Positions 40,469 through 50,365 of a stretch of 64,000 nt of DNA are shown one piece after another. Position numbers and translations under genes: made by a program. The notes beneath the pieces are model-generated. The model made no database searches. It was given only the letters and a program-made list of their open reading frames with translations, and was not told the origin of the DNA. This DNA comes from Lytechinus pictus (taxonomy: Eukaryota), in contig NC_087263.1 of assembly GCF_037042905.1 (NCBI RefSeq), positions 3,100,001 to 3,164,000 of the forward strand, given 5' to 3'. Position 1 is the first letter of the stretch. The number at the start of each line of letters is the position of its first letter.

Positions 40469-40499
40469 AAAATACTCCTGTCTATCTTTGTTTTTACAG

Positions 40500-40694
40500 G
40501 GTTGTACGTCAAAGTTGGTAGTTAAGTTTGCAGACACGCAGAAAGAGAAAGAACAGAAGAAGTTACAGCAAATGGCACAACAAATGTGCTACAACAATCT
40601 ATTACAAATGGCATGTTTAGGTGGTGGTATGAATAACCAACAACAACAACAACAACAACAACAAGGTTCAGGTCTCAACAATCCATACTTATTT
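40500..40694 (+). CDS. CELF2: CELF1/2-like exon 6 (end of RRM2 GCTSKLVVKFADTQKEKEQK, start of linker with polyQ)
   Basis: tttttacag|GGT acceptor and TTT|gtaagt donor; 195 nt, phase 0-0; VVKFADTQK is the CELF1/2 form. Confidence 0.96.
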
Positions 40695-41504
40695 GTAAGT
40701 GTTGACCCATGATAAAAAGGAGAAATGGAGAAAAATTCACAGAAAGAGTAGAGTTCGGCTCTGTATTTTTCCTTCATTTCTCCTTTGTGTTTTGTTATCT
40801 TTTATTTCACTTTATCTCAGATTGCCGGGGAGACTTGGATAATATATATTGCGTGTTTTTTTTTAATAGTGACAGGTAGTAGTGACAGGTCATTAAGGGG
40901 TGAGAAGGATTGATGAATAGGAACAGTTTGTCAAATCTAACCAGTGATATTTATAGATAGTCCATGTTAAGCTTATAAGGCCTCGATTTGTGAGTAAAAA
41001 TCGTCTTTTTAAAGGCAAAAATCACACATTTGCAAAAGTAAAAGCGAAAAAATCAAAGGTAAACTAAAATTTATAAGTCGTCACATTATATGAGATCTTT
41101 GAATAATATTGATAGTAAAAGTCATGATTTAAAATGTATGTTCTTAGCTCATTCAAAATGAGCATGCCTGATCATGCACCCTGACTTTGCTTCTTTTGAG
41201 GGGATGTCCCTTAAAATTTGGCTCCATTGAGGGGAATCCCCAAATCTAATATTAGGGGATTTCCCAAGCATTGACCAATGAGGATCAAGCTTTCAAGCAT
41301 ATCATCCTCATCGGCCAATACAAATTATGTTACTGCAACTGTAGGACTGTGCATGAATGATTCCTGTGTGTGCATGCAAAGCCAAAGACAGAATCAAAAT
41401 GTCACATGTTCATCAGAGTATTTTGGTTTTATTCCTATCCCCCTTTTTGTCTTTTGTTGTGCCCCCCTCCCCCCATGTGATCAAAGCAGAATGCATTCTT
41501 GCAG

Positions 41505-41595
41505 TTAGCGCAACAAGCAGCAGCAGCTGGTGGTGGAGGCGGAACAGGGGGTAACATGGGAAATGTGTCAAACCTTGCCAATCTACAACTACCAG
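41505..41595 (+). CDS. CELF2: CELF1/2-like exon 7 (linker: LAQQAAAAGGGGGTGGNMGNVSNLANLQLP); alternative in-frame acceptor at 41490
   Basis: ttcttgcag|TTA acceptor and CCAG|gtaaga donor; 91 nt, phase 0 to 1; resembles CELF1 LLQQTASSG...NL. Confidence 0.88.
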
Positions 41596-41846
41596 GTAAG
41601 ATAGTACGAAATAGTACCCTTCATTGAGGGCATTAGTAGGAATTATATGCACAATGTACCTTTGGAACAGTTTTTACATGCTAAAGGGATAGTGGAGGAT
41701 GTTTGGGTTGTTTTCTAAGGTAAATGTTGTTGGTAATTTTTCTAATGCCTGAGTAAAATGATCGTAATCACAATAGGTAAGGGATTAGGACCCTGTCTTG
41801 CAAATAATTGCAATTAACTGTGATGCCCAAAAGCAAAAACATCCTG

Positions 41847-42028
41847 GCGGGTGTTTCATAAAGCTGTTCATAAGTTAAGAGCGACTTTAAGAACAACTGG
41901 CGATCCTTTCTTATGGTAAATGATATTCACTATCAATGTTCATTGGTGATTATTTAGCGTGTAAGAAAGGTTCACCAGTCGTTCTTAAAGTCGCTCTTTA
42001 CTTACGAACAGCTTTATGAAACGGCCCC
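41847..42028. mobile_element. Palindromic Harbinger-type MITE; second copy at 56367-56549, degenerate copy at about 36503-36670
   Basis: gtttcataaagctgttc.taagttaagagcgactttaagaac / gttcttaaagtcgctctt..cttacgaacagctttatgaaac; CTG target duplication. Confidence 0.9.
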
Positions 42029-42743
42029 CTGATATTCATCCGATCAGATATGGACTTGTATTTGTTTGCCTTAAAAAATAGTTACTGATTGTAAATAATG
42101 CCCCTTTGTTATACCTAGTTCCCACTTCCTTACAATTTAAATGGAGATCTTAATTGTGTAGTTATCGTAGTGATCGTGTCTGATCAGTCGTACTGATCGC
42201 AGAAGTATGAATGGTTCAACAATTCTCAGGATAAGTTACGGAAGGTAAATTGTGGGAACAAGACATTAACAAAAAAAAGTAGCATGTGATTGGTTTAAAA
42301 AGAAATGTTTATAGATAATCTTTGAATGGATATAAATATTGTAGATATTAGTGTTGCTGACTTTCCATCGTCATAAATTATTATCAAACCAATCACAATC
42401 TCGGCATATCAGGGCCCCACCTTACAAATTTTTACGCTTGATTCGATCAACCTCGGTTATATGGAAATTCATCAATGTCATATTTTTGTTCTTTAGGAAA
42501 TTTGCACAATATGCATTGTACACAAAGAGAAGCATACCAAATTTTAAAGAAAATGATGAATGTATCAATTTACATCATATCAAGAAAACATTTTGAACAA
42601 ATATGCAGTTTAGATGGTGACTTTGCTGGCTTTCTATAACTGAAGTTCATTGGATCTTAATTGCAACTCTTTATAAGAAGGCCCTGTGCCCTGAGATCAT
42701 TCGTGAAGTTTTAAGTTAAGTTGTTAAGTTGCTACAAGTTTAA

Positions 42744-43341
42744 AGGTCAAGTCCACCCCAGAAAATTGTTGATTTGAATAAATAGAGAAATTTTAGACTA
42801 GCAAAATGCTGAAAATTTCATCAAAATCGGATTATAAAATAAGAAAGTTATGACATTTTAATGTTTCGCTTACTTTTCACAAAACAGTTATATGCACAAC
42901 TCGGCAACATGCAAATGAGAGTCGATTATGTCCCTCACTCACTATTTCTTTTTTTATTGTTTAAATTATACAATATTTCAATTTTTACAGATTTGACAAT
43001 AAGGACCAACTTGATGAACCATATAGTATTAAACAATGCTAATTCCACATGTTCAGGGAGGAATTAATCGTTGTTTCACTTGACAATGAGGAGAAAATTA
43101 AGGATATTTCATATTTCATATAATAAAATACAAAAGAAATAGTGAGTGGATGACGTCATCAGTCGCCTCATTTGCATACCAACCAGGATATGCATATAAC
43201 TGTTTTGTGAAAATAAGTGAAACTTTGAAATATCATAACTTTCTTATTTTACATCGGATTTTGATGAAATTTTCAGTGTTATGCTTGTTGGATTTTTCTC
43301 TTTTTATTAAAATCAACTTTTTGTTGGGGTGGACTTGTCCT
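42744..43341. mobile_element. TTAA-flanked MITE (Kolobok-like)
   Basis: TTAA-aggtcaagtccacccca...tggggtggacttgtcct-ttga, with further internal inverted matches (gaaaatttcatcaaaatc, aagaaagttatga). Confidence 0.85.
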
Positions 43342-44077
43342 TTGATGAAATCCCTATATTTGATTGGCCAAGAAGGCATTTGTGTGTCAGCAATTAGTTT
43401 TGAAGAAGGGCCCTTCATTTGTATCTGATTTAGTACATGTATGAATACTTTCACAAACTATTTTGTCTCTTGAGCATTTTCTAAGCTTTCTGTTCATTGC
43501 ACTTTCGTCACCAATCATCAGATGTTGGTTGGAAAACATCCTGCCATTCTTTGGCCTTTGATAACCTTATCATTTGCACCTCATTGACCTTTGATGCATT
43601 GACCCTTGAAATCCTTAATCATTTGCACTTTCCACCTATCCAGTTACCACTACTATCTTTTTTTAAATTTAATCACTGAAAAATACCTCATTTCTACCAA
43701 TCTAGGTTAAATCTTTGCCTCTTGACAGCTTTTGACCTTTGACATATTTTAGCCATGACCTTTGACAACATTGACCTTTAACTCTTACCTCCCCAATGAT
43801 CGTTAACTATTGACATTTAGAAAGATGCTTGCTTGTCCAATATCTTTTGCCCATTGATGTCATGAACAATTTACCATTGACATTTCAAACCTTTGATAGC
43901 CTTTGTTATTGAGCTTTGACATTTGTAACCCTTTACACTTTGCAATTTTGAATCCCTTTGACCTCTCATCTTTGGTATCCCTATCCTTCCACCCTTTGCA
44001 CCTCTCTCGTGACCAACCACCATCTCTTCTGTTTTTAATATTCATGCCAGGCCATGAATATTCATCTTCCCCTGTAG

Positions 44078-44245
44078 GTCAAACGGCGGCATTGACGATG
44101 CCCCAACTAGCGGCATTAGCGTCGGCGGTCAACCAGCAGCAGAACAGTACGGGTGGCCAGAGCCAGAATGCGTTAGCACAGAGCCAAGCGTTACTAGCAG
44201 CGGCACAAGGGAACAGCATTATGGGGGTCACACCCGGATCAACAG
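44078..44245 (+). CDS. CELF2: CELF1/2-like exon 8 (linker: GQTAALTMPQLAALASAVNQQQNSTGGQSQNALAQSQALLAAAQGNSIMGVTPGST); alternative acceptor at 44051
   Basis: cctgtag|GT acceptor and ACAG|gttggt donor; 168 nt, phase 1-1; GC-rich island; LAALA motif as in the CELF1/2 linker. Confidence 0.88.
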
Positions 44246-44799
44246 GTTGGTATAAACAGGGTCCATTATAAATAGTAGACACATAAGCAAGTGGTCTACC
44301 TTTAAACATGTTTCTTATAGGCACCCAATGTACTCAGGAAAAATGGCTGCCTTGGGCAGGTTGGCGTATCCAGTGAGGTTGCCCAACTCAATGGTGTCCT
44401 TTGTGGTAGACAATATGTATGCAACTATCTCTTTGGATTTAGCCTTGGAGATAAATGTCACTGTATTTGACGAGAGAAATCAAAATAGTGTACCTTTGAG
44501 GCAGGTAGTATCTAGTCTTGGGGTGGGTTTTTTTCATCACTTTTTTTTAAAGCATCACTGGAAGGGAGTTCCACAAAGTAGTTTACGGTGGTGAACTATA
44601 GTATTATGAAGCTTCATCATTCAAGCATTCATTTGTTTTGTATTTTCATCTTTGTTGCCTGTTCCTGTTTCTTCATCTTTCATCAATTCTCAGAATTCTC
44701 GCATGTATATATAAACATTTTATTCTTGCATCATTTACAACCATTTGTACTCCATATATTTATTCCTGCATGTATACATGTATTTATGTATCAATATGT

Positions 44800-45005
44800 T
44801 ATCCATTCGTCCATCCATCCAATCATTTTTGCATTCATTCCTCCATCCATCCATCCATCCATCCTTCCATCCATCCATCCAACTATCTATCCGCTCAACC
44901 ATTCATTCATCCATCCACCCATCCGTCCGTTGTCTGTCCGTCCGTCCATCCACCTGTCCGTCCGCCCACACACCCGTCCGTCCATCCACCCACCCACCCA
45001 TTCCC
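44800..45005. repeat. (CCAT)n/(CCGT)n/(CCAC)n compound microsatellite
   Basis: Direct inspection. Confidence 0.9.
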
Positions 45006-45748
45006 AAGTTCCTACAGTACTTCTTCATTCTGAAACGAGCCATTTCTTCTATCGTATTACACATTTCATAACACAATGTGCTCATTCTCTAATTCGAGAT
45101 ACCATCATATCTCAATAGCAAGCTCTCCCATCAGACGTATCCTCTAGTCCCAATAATGTATCTCACCGTTATTTTCAGTCTTAAATATATCAACACACCT
45201 CAAGCATTTCTATACATATATGTGACACTCTCTCACTCTGGTCCATATCAATTCCTGCAATGGCAAACCCATGTGTTCACATTAAGCCTGTTTCACAATT
45301 GGTGGTAAGACTGCTTACAACCGTTGCGATTCTGTGCAACATATATTGTGACCAAATGATCGCAAATGATCGCACGAGCAATTGTGAAAGTCCCTTAACG
45401 CCTACATTTGCTTCCGCTCATTAACAATAATATCATGTCTGTCATCAGCTGCAAATTAACTGTTTCAATAGCTTGCCTTGTCCCTAACCTGTATGTACAG
45501 ATATTTCTGTCTCCTGTTTTACCTTTCTCTTATTTCTTTTACCATTCATGGATTTTCAATCATTGTACCCCCCCATTTCTTTATTATAAAATAGTTCAAT
45601 TAATCCCCCTGCTTTGCCCGATTTGGTTTAATGTCAGTCAGGTAATAGTACTACTACATGCAGTTTGTCTATCAAAAGAACTCTCACTGTTTATAAAAGA
45701 ATTGTTTGGAGGCCAATAGGGAATAGACAAAATTGCGATAACACCAAT

Positions 45749-46539
45749 AGGGACAGTGATTTTCCGTTTCAAAAAATTGCCTTTTCCGTTTCAGAAAATC
45801 TCAAATTCCGTTTCAGCATGTCAGAAAACGGAAATTCTGTTTCCCCCATAGACTTTGTACACACGGAAAAGTGACAATTCCGTTTACACATTGAATACCG
45901 TACACTTGCACTGGTCAAAATTTGTATCTGCTACTGTACCAACAACACAATAGAATCCGTTCTAATCGGATCTATGCGGGTGCATTAAATATTTTTCCAA
46001 CCCCATTTAGCATGCATACATCCTCACCTTTCACATTATTAGCATTATTTCAAGGTGAAATGATATTTCATCGATAATTTTGGGGTTTTTTGGACATCGT
46101 TATCATCAGTCAACGGCTTTTGCCAATCCGCCATCTTGGATTTTGAGACCACGATATCGTGCTGTTACATCTTCAAACGTAGAGGGCAGCAACACACGAC
46201 CGTGCAGTGAACGATATGTGTGTGCATGTGAAGCCCAACCCGGCGCCGGCAGGGTACGGGTACGGTGCGGGCTACAATCAAGTGTGCTGATGTCGAGTGC
46301 AGTCACGATGTGTGAATTGTCATGAAAGTAGCGAAGTGAGATCGTGTTTTCTGGGGTTTTGTGGCCATTTAATATTCTCATTTTGTTGTGATTTTGGAGT
46401 AATTTCTGTTGCTATTCTGTGTATTCTGAGGGAAAATACGTTTTCCGTGATTTTCCGTTTGAAATGACACTTTCCGTTTCAAAACACCCTTTCCGTGAAT
46501 TCCGTCCGTTTTCCGCGATCGCGGAAAATCACTGTCCCT
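45749..46539. mobile_element. Young non-autonomous DNA transposon with 8-bp TSD
   Basis: Perfect TIR agggacagtgattttccg / cggaaaatcactgtccct; TSD acaccaat (45741-48, 46540-47); subterminal ttccgt repeats. Confidence 0.9.
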
Positions 46540-46565
46540 ACACCAATTTGGATTTGTCAACATTG

Positions 46566-46640
46566 GATAATAATAATAATTCATTGTATTTATATAGCGC
46601 TTAATACATGGTGTTTCTAAGCGCTTTACAAAACGAATAA
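46566..46640 (-). mobile_element. L2/CR1-type retroelement 3' tail
   Basis: (AAT)n followed by tttatatagcgct...tctaagcgctttaca, the reverse of a typical L2 stem-loop tail; similar at about 24838-24900. Confidence 0.6.
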
Positions 46641-47327
46641 GTAGAATACATTAATATAATTGAACATTTTAACAAACAAGAAAGGAAATGTAGTGTAAAG
46701 TATTTTCATATGACAAATTAGCTAAGAAAACAGCCTACTAAAGTTGGGAAATACAAAATAATGATAATAATAAAAACAATGACGTTTATTAAGTAAATAG
46801 TTGGAATAAAATAAGTTAAACAAAATGAATTATCAGAAATACAATGACATATAAATCATGTTCGAATAATAAAGCAGTGCAATAGCTAAACATAAACAAA
46901 CAAGAAATAAAGGAATAAAGGAATGGAAATAAAGGAATATCGTTTGAAAAAAAAAGAAGACTGGTTAGACAAAGATTAATAAGACTAAGTGAGGATAAGA
47001 CACATCTTGATTACCCATGTTGGATTAGATAAAAATGGATTAGCCAGGTGGGATTTTACAAAGTCGGACGAGACCAAGATGGATTGTAGACCGAAATGTA
47101 TCGGGACAAGTCGGTTAAGACAAAGTCAAATCGAACCAAGTTGCCATATAAATATTTTTAAAAAAATCAAACCAAGTTGGATTAGACCAAATGAGTTGTG
47201 AGTGCAATTCATTAATTATCGTTAGTAACCTGTTTATCTTTCCTTCCTCAAAACCTATATTTTCAAATTCTACTGTCTTTTCATACCAAAGCATGCGTGG
47301 CACCTTCTTGCCTGCAGTTATTCTTAA

Positions 47328-47399
47328 CCCACTGACTACCAAGTGCTGGAATTCTCATAGGCTCTGTACAGGAGCTACGTGGTTCCAGTAAGCAATGGG
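47328..47399 (+). mobile_element. 72-bp piggyBac-like mini element with an adjacent partial tandem copy (47433-47474)
   Basis: TTAA-cccactgactac...gtaagcaatggg-TTAA. Confidence 0.65.
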
Positions 47400-47764
47400 T
47401 TAACCGGTCGACTACTATTTTTAAGACCCCCTTAGGCTTTGTACAGGAACTATCCGGTTCCAGTAGGCAATGGTTTCCCTATGCATTCTTCGCTATGAAG
47501 GACACATGCCACTTCCATCCCTCTTGACATTTCAACGCATGACATCATACCCCGTTCACACCTAAAATCTAATCATATTCACGCATGAAATAATACACCA
47601 ATCATTAAACATGACAGCTACATCCAAGTAATGATAGGCATTTATATTGTGCTCTCTACCACTAAGAAATATTCTATTCTGAGGTGCACGACAATATTAA
47701 AAGAATATAACCCTTCCATATACTTACTTGTGACATGTAATTACTAGTGAATCCTAACATTATT

Positions 47765-48385
47765 ACTTACCCGGTGTTAGCTTGAGCTACCACTTATGAG
47801 CAGTGCTCAGTGCATTCAAAGTATCAAACCCGCCAGGTACCCATTCACCTCACCTGGGTCGAGTGTAGCACATATTGGTAAATTGCCACTTCGTCTATTA
47901 CCAACCCATCCACTCACAACATGGTCTACCTTGATTAAGTCTAATGCCATTCTGTCAATCAACATTTGGTCTAACAACTATTTTGTACAATAACCATTTG
48001 GTCCATTCATCACTTCGTCTAATCACCATTTCGTCTCATAACCAGTTGGTCTAATATCCATATTATTTTCATTCATTTCGCCCAATGAACACTTAGTCCA
48101 ATTAGACCAAATGGTATATGAACTAAATGGCTCTTGGACCGAATGGTTATTAGATGAAATGGTGAATGGACGAAATAGCAACTAGACCATGTGGATAGTG
48201 GACGAATTAATGATAGACCAAATGATAGTAGACGAGTTGGGAATTGAACGAATTGGCATTAGACCACTTGAAAATAAACCCACATGTGGATATATTGCTT
48301 TCGGAAGGAAAACATTTGAAGCCATGGCTCTCATTTTGAAAGACGATTGTCAGAACCACTAGACAACAATGCACCCACATGAAGA
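47765..48385 (-). mobile_element. tRNA-SINE (minus strand) split by a MITE (47877-48280)
   Basis: ggtacccattcacctcacctgggtcgagtgtagcaca before the insert and gccatggct...gtcagaaccactagac after it match the reverse of the SINE at 40160; the insert has ttggtcta/tagaccaa subrepeats. Confidence 0.75.
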
Positions 48386-50248
48386 CATTCAAACTCAAAA
48401 TTCAACTTAATTTCTACAATTGAAAAAATATATGTACAAATCATTTACATGACACATACAATATTTTACATGTGAAGGGTTCAAAGAAAACGCAACTGCT
48501 TGTACATGTATGAATTGGCCCCACTTTTTAAAATAACTTGGAAACATCAGTAATCATTAAATATTTAACCTTCCATGTATAAGATATAGATAAAGTATTA
48601 ATTCTTATAGATATTGTTACGCTGTTGGCTATTAGTTTGAGGCAGATTAACGTTAATGTGTGAAAGGGCACTAATAGATCCTTACTCTCCTAACCTCGTC
48701 CTTCCCCGCATCCATTGTATTCATAAAAGAAAATATGTTGATGTAGGAGATAATATGCGCATACACACATCGGCTTCGATGTTTATCCACTTTTTCATTA
48801 CACTCCATTGTTTCATCATAATGAGCTCATTTGTCGCTACAACATGGCCTCTCATCATTGTATCATTACTAATCGCCATGGTAACAATTGACTTAACACC
48901 CTTGGGATATGTTTTGATGATTTTTCTTAAGGGTCATTTTTTTTTCAAGCCCATTATCCCCTCTCTGTGTATTGATGTGTGTTGGTACATATATTGTAAT
49001 GACCATTATGTTCTTGTGCAATATACATGCTACTGTTATTTTCACTGGTCAATGCAAGCATTTCATAAATGACTTTATATACAATGGCAGTCATGTGCTT
49101 CATATTATGTTATATTATCAAATGATTTTCAAGTAAGGTAAGGAAAGAGGAGGATGGGGGTAGTCTGCAACACAGACTCAAATTTTACACTTTAACCAAT
49201 CATACCATGATCAGAGTGAAGACTAGACTCCAAACTGTCTATATCAGCCAGCCACAGTGTATAGTGAATGGGGGGGGGGGGGGCTAAATGTGGAAGTGTT
49301 CATATGCAATATTTAACTTTCCTTGTAAATATATGTATTGTGTAAGCAATATCTGTGCTCTACCATGTTATGACCAAGCATCGATGGCACAGTTATAAAG
49401 GTGTCATGTACATGTGCCTAAATGTCTTAACCAAATTCGAGTATTTACCATTTCTCTATGCATTCAATATTGCATCACCATAGTCTCAGCTCCAAACCCC
49501 CACTATTTGCAAGGAAATATGTGTTCAAAAGTCACCCGCACCCACAAATATGCAAATTTTCCTACTCCACGCATAACTCAAACATGTGGATATTTTGTCA
49601 AACTTTAGTAAATGGTTGTCTTTCTGAGATCCCAATGTAAATATGTCCATTGTTTTTTTTTTTCCTATACCGACATGTGTATAGCTTGCATGTTTGTATT
49701 TAATGTAGAATTGTTAGCTATCCCATGTGCAAGATATTGAAATAATATGTCTGTATTTTTCATGTGTACATGTTTTTTTGTTGTCAAAAATGAATTTGTT
49801 CTGCCAATCCTAGAGTGTAAATGTTCCCCTTCCTATTCTTTGCACTTCTTACTTTTCCTTAGATTTAATATAAAAATTATAAAAAAATCTGGTGCAAATC
49901 CAATTTCACATAACAATATCTGAAGTGTACATACACATCGAATATGGGCAAAACATAAGAATGTCATCCTATGTTTTCAAATGTTCTTATTATTGTCATT
50001 CACAAAGGAATCAAAAGAAGGTTGAACTTATGTTTGAAGATTCTAAAGAAAAAAAAAGATAATTAGGTCACCAGATACACGTCACTCTTAGAATAAGAAG
50101 TGAACATTGTAGATATCTTCCCTGATAGCACATTTAATCACCACGTCCAACCCTTCTACCTTGTATTTTGATGTCACAATCGCTTTGTTGATTGTTATTG
50201 TTGTTGTTTGTGTGTGTTGTCTAGTTATCTCTCTCGTCTTTTTAACAG

Positions 50249-50365
50249 GCGGAACGGCCTCGACTGCGTCGTCGACCATCACACCGACCGCCAATACCAA
50301 TTCTCTCGTGGCAGGGTTAACTGGCCTTCACAGCGGCCTACAACAGAATCTGCAGACGAACACAG
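50249..50365 (+). CDS. CELF2: CELF1/2-like exon 9 (linker: GGTASTASSTITPTANTNSLVAGLTGLHSGLQQNLQTNT)
   Basis: ctttttaacag|GC acceptor, weak donor ACAG|gtgtct; 117 nt, phase 1-1; GC-rich open frame in AT-rich surroundings. Confidence 0.82.
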
